A stretch of 64,000 nucleotides of DNA from contig JAWCMA010000001.1 in assembly GCA_038850285.1 (NCBI GenBank), forward strand, positions 53,168 to 117,167, given 5' to 3'. Position 1 is the stretch's first letter; every line of letters begins with the position of its first letter. Shown one piece after another: positions 20,212-28,707 of the stretch. The notes under the pieces were generated by a model, which was not told the DNA's origin, made no database searches, and worked only from the letters and a program-made list of their open reading frames with translations. The stretch is from Methanocellales archaeon. Lineage in GTDB: Archaea > Halobacteriota > JAWCLZ01. A program made the translations under genes and the position numbers.

Positions 20212-20765
20212 GAATCGCAGTTGCAATCACAGGTGCAAGTGGAGTGCTATATGGCATTCGATTACTTGAGGTACTTAGAAACCATCGAGAGGTTGAAAGC
20301 CATTTTATCGTCTCCAAAAATGCTAAGCAGATAATTAAGATAGAGAGCAATAAAACCATTGAGGAGATAAAAGCACTGGCGAATTATTCATATGAAGAGG
20401 ATGAATTACTAGCACCCATAGCAAGTGGTTCCTTTGAGTTGGATGCCATGGTTATAATACCCTGCAGCATGAAAACCCTAGCTGCGATTGCAAATGGCTA
20501 TGCAGATAATCTGATAACTAGAGCAGCTGACGTTTGCCTTAAGGAAGAGCGTAGGTTAATACTCGTGACCAGAGAAACTCCACTTAGCACGATGCACCTT
20601 GAGAACATGCTTAAAGCTAGAAAAGCCGGTGCGATTATCATGCCAGCTTCACCAGCATTTTACATTAAATATGAAAAAGTAGAGGATTTAATTGATTTCA
20701 TCGTAGGCAGAGTACTCGATCTTCTCCACCTTGAGCATAGCTTATATAAAAGGTGGGGCGAATGA
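20208..20765 (+). CDS. ubiX: flavin prenyltransferase UbiX
   Basis: ITGASG, IASGS, PCSMKT, RAADV.LKE.R, RETP, PAFY. Confidence 0.95.
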   Translation: MRIAVAITGASGVLYGIRLLEVLRNHREVESHFIVSKNAKQIIKIESNKTIEEIKALANYSYEEDELLAPIASGSFELDAMVIIPCSMKTLAAIANGYADNLITRAADVCLKEERRLILVTRETPLSTMHLENMLKARKAGAIIMPASPAFYIKYEKVEDLIDFIVGRVLDLLHLEHSLYKRWGE

Positions 20766-22021
20766 GCTTGAGGGATTTTTTAGAGAAATTAAGGCTAGAG
20801 GGACTGCTCCTCAACATCGAGGAAAGGGTTTCACCTGAATTTGAAGCGCCTAAAATCGCTAGAGAGCACTCTAAACCGATTTTCTTCAAAGATGTGGCTG
20901 GGAAAAAAGCAGTGATGAATGTAATTTCAAGTCGGGAAATACTAGCACTTGCTCTAGGAGTAAGGAAAGAGGAAATAGTGAGATATCTCGCCGGGGTAAA
21001 GCCTGAGGGTGAAATAAAAATTGTGGAAGAGATGCCTTTTCTGGAGAGGCAATTCAAAGCTGATTTATCTAAGCTCCCTATAATGCGGCATTATCGAGAG
21101 GATGCAGGTAAATATATAACCGCTGGAGTTGTGATTTCGAGACTTGGCGAGGAATACAATGCCTCGGTGCATCGCATGCTTGTGCTTGATAAGAGAACCC
21201 TTGCGGTTAGATTAGTGCCACCTAGGCATTGCTATCTAATGCATAAAAAAGCCGCGGAGCAACGTAGGGAGCTACCGGTTGGAGTTGCAATTGGAGTGGA
21301 CCCTCTTTTCTTGCTTGCAGCATGCACTAGAGTGCCTGAGTGCAGGGAATTTCAATATACTAGTGCACTATCTGGCAAACCACTTGAGCTTTATGAGCTT
21401 GAGAATGGAGTTCAAGTGCCAGATGCTGAAATAGTATTAGAAGGCTATGTAGACCCTGAGGCTAGAGCTAGAGAGGGGCCATTTGTGGATATAACTGGTA
21501 CTTTAGATATAGTCAGAGAGGAACCAGTGATAAAGCTTAATAGAATATACATGCGTAGAGATGCAATCTATCAAGGTATACTCCCAGGTGGAAGTGAGCA
21601 TAAACTATTGATGGGCGTGCCATATGAACCTAAAATTTATAAAACAGTTGGCGAGGTTGCTCGAGTGAGAAATGTATTACTCACTGAGGGGGGGTGCTGT
21701 TATTTCCACGCGGTGGTGCAAATAGAAAAGCAAACTGAGGGCGATGGCAAAAATGCAATTCTAGCTACCTTCACTGCTCATCCGAGTTTGAAGCACGTTG
21801 TAGTGGTTGATGATGACATCGATATTTATAATCAAGTGGAAGTGGAATATGCAATTGCCACGCGCGTGCGGGGAGATAGAGATATATTGATAATACCCCG
21901 CGCTAGGGGTTCATCTTTAGATCCAGCTATTGCAGAGGATGGAACTACTACCAAAGTAGGGATAGATGCCACGAAGCCTTTGATTGGAAGAGAGAAGTTC
22001 AAGCGAGTTGAAATGGAATAG
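20762..22021 (+). CDS. UbiD family decarboxylase, probably anhydromevalonate phosphate decarboxylase
   Basis: D.GKYIT.G, N.SVHR, EGPFVD, GG..YFHAVV, VVDDDID, GSSLDP, KVGIDAT. Confidence 0.88.
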   Translation: MSLRDFLEKLRLEGLLLNIEERVSPEFEAPKIAREHSKPIFFKDVAGKKAVMNVISSREILALALGVRKEEIVRYLAGVKPEGEIKIVEEMPFLERQFKADLSKLPIMRHYREDAGKYITAGVVISRLGEEYNASVHRMLVLDKRTLAVRLVPPRHCYLMHKKAAEQRRELPVGVAIGVDPLFLLAACTRVPECREFQYTSALSGKPLELYELENGVQVPDAEIVLEGYVDPEARAREGPFVDITGTLDIVREEPVIKLNRIYMRRDAIYQGILPGGSEHKLLMGVPYEPKIYKTVGEVARVRNVLLTEGGCCYFHAVVQIEKQTEGDGKNAILATFTAHPSLKHVVVVDDDIDIYNQVEVEYAIATRVRGDRDILIIPRARGSSLDPAIAEDGTTTKVGIDATKPLIGREKFKRVEME

Positions 22022-22091
22022 CTTTAGGTTTTCAATAGCTAGTTTTTAATAGCTCTAGGTTTTTCAATAGCTAGTTTTTAATAGCTCTAGG
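22017..22091. repeat. about 32-bp tandem duplication of the trm1 3' end
   Basis: AATAGCT(T/C)TAGGTTTT(T)CAATAGCTAGTTTTT x2 plus a partial third copy. Confidence 0.85.
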
Positions 22092-23149
22092 ATTTCCTTC
22101 AAATTTGCATTGGTTTTGAAGCCAATGCTTGAGAAATGCGTTCTACTTGCTTTAAAACCACACTTCATAAGTTTCTCTATAACCTCTTCTATTTTAAGGG
22201 GTGCTATTTTGAGTATTTTGCATAACTTATGATGGTTATAATAAGAGAAAACTTGGATTTCTTCCCTGCATAGTGAGAGTAATTTCCTAGCTTGCTCTTT
22301 CTTCCCGAGCTCTTTTTTCTCAACTTCCTTGAGAGTTTTGCTTAAGAATCTTTTATCCCCTAGCTCGCCCAACCAGAGGATACCTCCAGCTTTCAAAATC
22401 CCCCCACAGTTTGGGCACTTAGCTGGTAATTGTGGAATGATTCCCTTGATAGATGCTCTATATAGGCATGTGAAGCAGTGCACGAAATAGCCAAGTTTTT
22501 CTAATGTTAAATCTGCCTTCGCTGCTCCCTTCTCTATCTTTATGTAAACTCTATAGTAATGCTGCTCTGCATATGAAAGCAGAGGCTTTGCTGCTTTATC
22601 ATATTTCGCGAGCTCACGCGCGATTTTACCTATCAATATTCGCACTCCAACTTCATTGTAGTACTCAGTTTTAAGTGGAAATGCTTGATAATTGCGAATC
22701 CCTGCTTTGAGATGTGAACCGCATAGTGGGGCTGTATCTGTTGCAGTAATGCAGAGCAGTTTTCTAGCTGATCTACAAGCTGCATCGAGAAATGGCACTG
22801 GAGATCCAAAGGGGTCGATATCAACGATGTCGAAGTGCTCCTTAATGAGGAGTATGTTTGCATTCATATTGCTTGGCCAGGCTAGGTCTTCTAAGCGATT
22901 GAGAGCTATATTTTGCTTAATTGCCTCGTAAGCGCTGGTATCTATATCATTCACAGTGCATTTGAGTCCAACTTCCTTAGCAATTCTAATTCCGCGAATC
23001 CCACTTGCAGCTAAAGCATCGAGAAATGTCATACCTAGGTTGGAGAAGGCTGCTATGCATGCTATGCTTATATCTCTATTTAGCTCCATTTTTGGGTTGT
23101 AGAAAACTTTACTTGGTTTAATCACCACTTGACCTTCTTTAATCAGCAT
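22064..23149 (-). CDS. trm1: tRNA (guanine26-N2)-dimethyltransferase Trm1
   Basis: VFYNP.MELNRD, ASGIRGIR, DIDPFGSP, TATD, Zn finger, SRTHF. Confidence 0.95.
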   Translation of the reverse strand: MLIKEGQVVIKPSKVFYNPKMELNRDISIACIAAFSNLGMTFLDALAASGIRGIRIAKEVGLKCTVNDIDTSAYEAIKQNIALNRLEDLAWPSNMNANILLIKEHFDIVDIDPFGSPVPFLDAACRSARKLLCITATDTAPLCGSHLKAGIRNYQAFPLKTEYYNEVGVRILIGKIARELAKYDKAAKPLLSYAEQHYYRVYIKIEKGAAKADLTLEKLGYFVHCFTCLYRASIKGIIPQLPAKCPNCGGILKAGGILWLGELGDKRFLSKTLKEVEKKELGKKEQARKLLSLCREEIQVFSYYNHHKLCKILKIAPLKIEEVIEKLMKCGFKASRTHFSSIGFKTNANLKEILELLKTSY

Positions 23150-23651
23150 TCAATCTCCCCGCTATCTCCCTCGCAAGGGAATCTCTATTATGCTCATTAA
23201 GCACATATACCTCGAAGGTGGATCGAATTCTCTGGATTAAAGGGTGTGTGGAACGCTGGTGAAATGTAACTAGCATGGATTTATTACTCTGCAGTGCAGT
23301 TTCAACTGCTAATAGGAAGTCCTTTGAATACAGCTCCATTGGAGCAATTTCATCTATAACTATTAAATCACAATTCAAGGCATTCTTAATCGCTTCTACT
23401 CCAACTTCATTTAAATCCCTTAGGTTCACCTTGTATTTGCCAACAATTGGGCCCTCTTTTTGATTCACATGTGCAAGTATGCCTTTTTTACCAGTTGCGA
23501 TATCAACTATTTCAAATCCAACTCTCTGCCTCCCAACTCTTATATCTCCGCTTATCATCCCACCTGCTTTTTTGCTTATGCTTGAGATCACTTTTTTGCA
23601 GAGAGTTGACTTTCCAATCCCAGGCCTGCCTGTGATAGCAATTCTAATCAT
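23139..23651 (-). CDS. nucleoside-triphosphatase, THEP1 family
   Basis: ITGRPGIGKST, RVGF, VGKY.V, IDEIAPME. Confidence 0.9.
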   Translation of the reverse strand: MIRIAITGRPGIGKSTLCKKVISSISKKAGGMISGDIRVGRQRVGFEIVDIATGKKGILAHVNQKEGPIVGKYKVNLRDLNEVGVEAIKNALNCDLIVIDEIAPMELYSKDFLLAVETALQSNKSMLVTFHQRSTHPLIQRIRSTFEVYVLNEHNRDSLAREIAGRLNAD

Positions 23652-23694
23652 GCAAAAGCAATATCACAGCGCAGGCATATTTAGATTATGAATT

Positions 23695-24852
23695 ATGAAT
23701 ATGATTTCAATTAAGATCAAGCAAGATGTGCTCTTCTGGATCTATTTCTCCATCTTTTTAATTTCACTCAGCTTAGGCGCTTATAATCCGCTCATCCCAC
23801 TTTATGCTCAGCAACTTGGTGCTTCTTACTTGGACTTAGGAATAATTGGATCTGTTTGGGCTCTGCCCTATGTATTCCTCCCTATTTTAATAGGGATGTT
23901 TTCTCAGAAGATAAATAGACAATGGATATTTTTCACTGGAATTGGAAGTAGTGCTTTAACTGCAGCTCTATTTCCATTTGCTCAAAATGTATCTCATTTA
24001 ATTGCAATTCGAATCTTTGGAGGCATAGCCTATGCATTTATGTGGCCAGTAGTAGAGGCAATAATCTCAGACATCACCACCAACGAGGCTAGAGCAAAAG
24101 CAATGGGTAGATATAGCTTCTCCTGGGGAATTGGCTTCTTAATTGGGCCAGCGATTGGGGGATTTGTTCTTGAAAAAAGCGGTTTTAATTTACTCTTCTT
24201 AATCTCCTTCTTAATTGGCCTCCTCGCAAGTATTATTGCAGTTAATTGCTTGAAAATTCCAAGTGCTAGGGGGGAAGTTGTATTTTCTCAGATTAATTTT
24301 TCAATGAAAACTCTTGCATCGCTCTATCTCGCAATAGCTAGTTACAGCTTAGCACTTGGCACTGTTTTCTCCCTCTTCCCTGCTTATGCCAGTGTGAAAG
24401 GTATTACTTCCCTGGAGATTGGCATTCTCTTCGCAGTTCTAGGCTTAGTTAGAGTAGTGGTTTTCCTTCAATCTGAAGCGATTTCGAAGATTGGGGAGAA
24501 AAAAGCTATATTAATTGCCTTGCTAGCGCAATCTTTGATATTGCCATTGCTACCTTATCTCCAGAGTTTCTTAGCCTTGCTTTTTGGCGTGGCTTTGCTT
24601 GGGATAACTCTAGGCATTCTCTCGCCCATAACCATAGCTGCAGTTTCAAAGATGATCCCTAGGGAAAAAATTGGACTTGCGATTGGTGCAGTTGAAACCA
24701 CCTTTGGCATAGGGTGGACTCTAGGTCCGCTAATCGGGGGAATTGCAGCTCAAAATCTAGGCGAGGAATATCCATATATAATAGCGGGTTTCATCAGCTT
24801 ATTCGTTGCAATTCCAATTACTAGAGAAATCCTAAAGCATAAATATGGATAA
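23695..24852 (+). CDS. MFS transporter
   Basis: About 12 TM segments; GFLIGPAIGG and GWTLGPLIGG. Confidence 0.88.
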   Translation: MNMISIKIKQDVLFWIYFSIFLISLSLGAYNPLIPLYAQQLGASYLDLGIIGSVWALPYVFLPILIGMFSQKINRQWIFFTGIGSSALTAALFPFAQNVSHLIAIRIFGGIAYAFMWPVVEAIISDITTNEARAKAMGRYSFSWGIGFLIGPAIGGFVLEKSGFNLLFLISFLIGLLASIIAVNCLKIPSARGEVVFSQINFSMKTLASLYLAIASYSLALGTVFSLFPAYASVKGITSLEIGILFAVLGLVRVVVFLQSEAISKIGEKKAILIALLAQSLILPLLPYLQSFLALLFGVALLGITLGILSPITIAAVSKMIPREKIGLAIGAVETTFGIGWTLGPLIGGIAAQNLGEEYPYIIAGFISLFVAIPITREILKHKYG

Positions 24853-24870
24853 GATTAAAAACCAACTGCT

Positions 24871-25356
24871 ATGAAACAGCTCTGGGCTCCTTGGCGAATG
24901 AAATACATAAAATCTAAAAAAAAGCAGAAATGCTTCCTCTGCCTTGAGTCAAAAAAGGATGAAGAACTAGTGATATATAAAGGTGAGAAGTGCTTCGTTA
25001 TCTTAAATGCCTATCCCTATAACAATGGACATATCATGATAGCTCCCTATCGACATATCTTGAGGCTTCAGGACTTAAGTGAGGAGGAAACTCGAGAGTT
25101 CTTCGATCTAACTAAGCAAAGCTTGGCAGTTTTGGATCAAACGATGAAGCCAGAGGGCTACAATATCGGCATCAACTTAGGTAAAGCAGCTGGAGCTGGA
25201 GAGGCACATTTGCACCTCCACGTAGTACCAAGGTGGGTAGGTGATACAAACTTCATGCCCATCTTAGCAGATGTCAAGGTAATGCCTGAGCATCTAGATC
25301 GAAACTGCAAAATATTGAGAAGGGCATTTAAGAAGCATGGCACTGGAAGTATTTGA
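24871..25356 (+). CDS. HIT family hydrolase (Ap4A phosphorylase-like)
   Basis: LWAPWR, CFLC, NAYPYNNGH, HLHLHVVPRW.GD.NF. Confidence 0.92.
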   Translation: MKQLWAPWRMKYIKSKKKQKCFLCLESKKDEELVIYKGEKCFVILNAYPYNNGHIMIAPYRHILRLQDLSEEETREFFDLTKQSLAVLDQTMKPEGYNIGINLGKAAGAGEAHLHLHVVPRWVGDTNFMPILADVKVMPEHLDRNCKILRRAFKKHGTGSI

Positions 25357-25882
25357 AGAGAGAAACGAGTCGAATTTCTCAGGCAGCATTATTCACATCG
25401 ATACAGTTGGGAATATTAGAAATGAGTTCACTAATTCTAGAAGATACTCTGAGTTATCGCCTTTTATTGTTGGATTAATCGATAGAAATAAACTCAAAAT
25501 TATGTATGCCCTAGATAAACCAAGCATATCATTATTTCGCGGTCGAGTAATTGCGTTGATCAATGAATTCCAGAAGCCATACTTTGCCTTCAATGCAACG
25601 GTTGTTCAAGCAGTTCTATATCACTTCACTGGCCAGAAGATCGATATAGCTGGAGAGCTAAATAGAAAAGCCTTTGAAAGTAGGCTATTTGCAATCCACG
25701 CTTTAAACATACCTCAATATGGCGATCCCTTCTCTGATCAAGATAAACTCTGCACTCAAGCTTGGCTCAAGGGAGAGATTGAGAAATGCGTGGCACACGT
25801 TAGAGCTTGTCTCTTAAAAGAACGGGATATATTTATAAAGCGCGGGTTTCGAAAGCCTGAGGAAATAAAGTTGAGGAGGTGA
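25337..25882 (+). CDS. hypothetical protein, possibly a degenerate RNase H-fold/DEDD exonuclease
   Basis: 181-aa ORF overlapping the HIT gene; IIHIDT, FAFN and AHVRACLLKE are spaced like ExoI/II/III (inference). Confidence 0.55.
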   Translation: MALEVFEERNESNFSGSIIHIDTVGNIRNEFTNSRRYSELSPFIVGLIDRNKLKIMYALDKPSISLFRGRVIALINEFQKPYFAFNATVVQAVLYHFTGQKIDIAGELNRKAFESRLFAIHALNIPQYGDPFSDQDKLCTQAWLKGEIEKCVAHVRACLLKERDIFIKRGFRKPEEIKLRR

Positions 25883-26006
25883 AGGGGTTTAAAAGAGAAG
25901 TCTAAGGTTTAAAAGTGTAAAGGAGCTTAAAAAAGAAGTGAATTAATATTTTAAGAACTGATAAAAAGTGTGAATGTTAAAAAATTAAAAATGGAAAAGG
26001 TGTGAA

Positions 26007-26231
26007 ATGCGTGTAACGAGAAAACTTGAAACTGGCGATTCCTACTTCGATGTCTATTTCTGCGATGAATGCGGGAGAGAAGTGAATCCAATGATGTGCG
26101 TGGAAATAAGACTGCCATTTAACCATGAATCAATACTATGGTGCCTTGCGTGCTTGAGAAAACTGGGTTTATATAATGTTATTATGCGCTATCAAAGTCA
26201 CTTCGCAGATAAAGATAGAGTGTGGAGATAA
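26007..26231 (+). CDS. small Zn-finger protein
   Basis: CDECG...WCLAC; AAGGTG upstream of the ATG. Confidence 0.65.
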   Translation: MRVTRKLETGDSYFDVYFCDECGREVNPMMCVEIRLPFNHESILWCLACLRKLGLYNVIMRYQSHFADKDRVWR

Positions 26232-26245
26232 CTTGAGGAGATAAC

Positions 26246-26851
26246 TTGAGGGAAGAAGTTGTATTTCCAAGTGAGGAGGGCCTCTTATATGGCACGCTTT
26301 TTGGGGTTGGCGAGCTAGGTGTGGTGCTCTGTCCTCCTCATCCTTTATATGGTGGTTCTAGGTTTGACCATCGCTTAATTGAAATTGCACTTGAACTTGA
26401 GAGAAATGGAATAACTGCCCTCACTTTTGACTACCGCAGAGAGTTCGCCCGTGGGAGAGGTGAAATTCAAGATGCAATATCTGCACTTCGCTATTTTCGA
26501 ACCCGAGTTAAAAAAATTGGTATCTTTGGGTATTCATTTGGAGCAGTGGTTGCCTCCAACGCTGCCTTTAAATTTGATTTAAGCATAAGTGGAAGTGCAT
26601 TCCTCGCGATTTTGAAGCAAACTGATGATATTCAAGCTATGGTGAATCAAAGGTCACCCAAGCTCTTCATACATGGAAAAAGAGATCAGATCGCTCCCTA
26701 TGCTGAGTTCGAGGAGCTATATCAAAGTGCAAGCGAACCTAAGCAGTGCTTGATTCTTGAAGACGAAGACCACTTTTTCCACCATAGCGTTGAAGAAATT
26801 GCTATCTCAGTGGCGAAATTCTTCAAAAGGTGCTTCGAATTTTATAAATAA
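26246..26851 (+). CDS. alpha/beta hydrolase (COG2945-like)
   Basis: PPHPLYGG, GYSFG nucleophile elbow, HG..D, DHFF. Confidence 0.9.
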   Translation: MREEVVFPSEEGLLYGTLFGVGELGVVLCPPHPLYGGSRFDHRLIEIALELERNGITALTFDYRREFARGRGEIQDAISALRYFRTRVKKIGIFGYSFGAVVASNAAFKFDLSISGSAFLAILKQTDDIQAMVNQRSPKLFIHGKRDQIAPYAEFEELYQSASEPKQCLILEDEDHFFHHSVEEIAISVAKFFKRCFEFYK

Positions 26852-26872
26852 CTCTATATTTTAACCATAGTT

Positions 26873-28483
26873 CTATAGCTTTTTAACTACCCTCTCTATA
26901 ACTTCACTTGGGCTGATTGCTTCAAGTGTTCTAGCTGTTATATCCTCTAGCATGACCTCAATTGCCAATTTAAGGGCTTGCTCATCCACATATAAAATTC
27001 GATGTGCATTTGTCTCTCTACTTCTAGCTGAGAAATAAAAGGGAAGCGTCAGGGCAGAGGCAAGCTGAAGGCATTTATATATAGCGCGTGGAGAAGCGTG
27101 CACTAATTGATCTTCTTCCACGAATTCCTTTACGAAGATTTTAAGGCTCAAGGTAACTCTCTTGATTTGATCCTCTAGGAACTGTATCTTAGCTGGCTTG
27201 TATTTCCACATCCCAGTGTTTATGGCATAGATCAAGGTTACGTGGTCTCTAATTAGCTTTGGAGTTATCTCTTCATATCTACCTACACCTAAAGCGTGTC
27301 TCTCAATTGACTCCACTATAGAGAGGAATCTATCCTTGGTCATGCGGTGCAAGCGGCAGAAGCAGCGGTCTTCAATTGCACGGAAATTTGGATCAGGCAC
27401 GGTTAATCTATAGCCCCTTCTCTCTACTTTTACATTGTAATTTGCATTCAAGAAGGAGGTGAAAACATATGGTCCAATTGTTTCATGCGCTGATTCATAT
27501 TTCAATGGCTTTTGCTCCATCGCGAGTTTGAGTCTCTCCACCATTCCACGTTCATGGAAGAACCACTCATTGAACTCCGGGACTAAGAAGACCATTTTCT
27601 TGCCTTCGTAGTACTGCCCCATTTGGAGAAACATATATGGAGTTATGCCCCCGCAGTATCTATATCTCCCAGGTATGCCATGTGGCTCGAGCTGGAGTTT
27701 TTCATTGCCCATCACAAAATCTATACTGGAATAAGTTTTTCCAGTTCCAATATCCCCGAAGAAAGCAAGGTGAAAGCCTGTACTTGTGAGGCGCTCGCCA
27801 TTTGGCTTGAGTACTTCCACATCTGCAATTCCAAATAACTGGCTCCATGAGAGGAGTACGTCTATAGCTGCCACCCCACCATATTCCTCGCAGTATCTAT
27901 AAATCGAGGTCAAGTCAATTTGCTTCGCGAATTCAATAACTTTCTCTTCATCAATTTCCTTGAGATAATTCTTCAAGCACGAGTCCATTTTTTTGACCAA
28001 TATCTGCTCGCTGGGCTTGGTCTCTTCTTTTATAGTGGTCTTGGTTTTTCTTCTTATGTACTCCATGAGGTGCTTTGCATTTGGCACTATGTATCGAGCG
28101 AAGTGATGTTTATAGCTCTCCACCGGGCGGATTTGAATTTGATAGGATTCTTCTTTTTCATGGAGAGCAATGAAGAAGTAATGCTCATAGGTATGCAGCA
28201 AGCTTGAAATTGCATCTTTAATTAACTTTTCATCCGCATAAGTTTTGTCAGCTTCAATCACAATTCCATCAGGTGCTATTTCTATTACATCTCGAATTAT
28301 CTCTCTCCCAATTGCCATTCTAGCATTTCTCACTAGTTCTTCCCATTCTTCTCTACCGAAGAGGAAGGTGCCAGCTTCATCGTTTATGCTACGAGTCGCT
28401 AGTTCCTCTGCAGTAAAAATGCCTATGCTATTGAGATCTTTCATTCGCTTTCTACCTATTCCAGAGATTTCAAGCAGCTCCAT
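26873..28483 (-). CDS. HhH-domain / MCM-like AAA+ ATPase
   Basis: N-terminal ISGIG...L.SIGI.T.EELA HhH; GDIGTGKT Walker A; VPEF Walker B variant; LAMEQ; ANYN; EDR; SPR. Confidence 0.72.
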   Translation of the reverse strand: MELLEISGIGRKRMKDLNSIGIFTAEELATRSINDEAGTFLFGREEWEELVRNARMAIGREIIRDVIEIAPDGIVIEADKTYADEKLIKDAISSLLHTYEHYFFIALHEKEESYQIQIRPVESYKHHFARYIVPNAKHLMEYIRRKTKTTIKEETKPSEQILVKKMDSCLKNYLKEIDEEKVIEFAKQIDLTSIYRYCEEYGGVAAIDVLLSWSQLFGIADVEVLKPNGERLTSTGFHLAFFGDIGTGKTYSSIDFVMGNEKLQLEPHGIPGRYRYCGGITPYMFLQMGQYYEGKKMVFLVPEFNEWFFHERGMVERLKLAMEQKPLKYESAHETIGPYVFTSFLNANYNVKVERRGYRLTVPDPNFRAIEDRCFCRLHRMTKDRFLSIVESIERHALGVGRYEEITPKLIRDHVTLIYAINTGMWKYKPAKIQFLEDQIKRVTLSLKIFVKEFVEEDQLVHASPRAIYKCLQLASALTLPFYFSARSRETNAHRILYVDEQALKLAIEVMLEDITARTLEAISPSEVIERVVKKL

Positions 28484-28560
28484 TTCGAGGATCACTATAG
28501 ATTGTTTTTTGAAGATAAAAACTTTTACATAGGGGAAAAAAGAAATAAAGAAATTGGACT

Positions 28561-28707
28561 ATGGGTTTGTGTTTAGATTGTAGAATTAAACTTGAAGCTA
28601 AACTAGCTGAGGAGGATATATTTTTTGAGTTTTTAGAGGCTTTTCAAGAGAAGCCTAAGCACGTTGGAGAGATCTGCGAATGCTGTGGAAGGCAATTCTT
28701 TGATTAG
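28561..28707 (+). CDS. 48-aa Zn-finger microprotein (absent from the ORF track)
   Basis: MGLCLDCRIKLEAKLAEEDIFFEFLEAFQEKPKHVGEICECCGRQFFD; two CxxC pairs; fills the gap. Confidence 0.6.
   Translation: MGLCLDCRIKLEAKLAEEDIFFEFLEAFQEKPKHVGEICECCGRQFFD

Noticed and set aside
17225-22091. Repeats as possible CRISPR arrays
   Set aside because: They are head-to-tail copies without unique spacers, the units differ between loci, and no cas genes are present
25337-28707. Intact provirus or plasmid around the MCM-like ATPase
   Set aside because: No integrase, capsid, packaging gene or att repeats visible; a remnant origin remains possible
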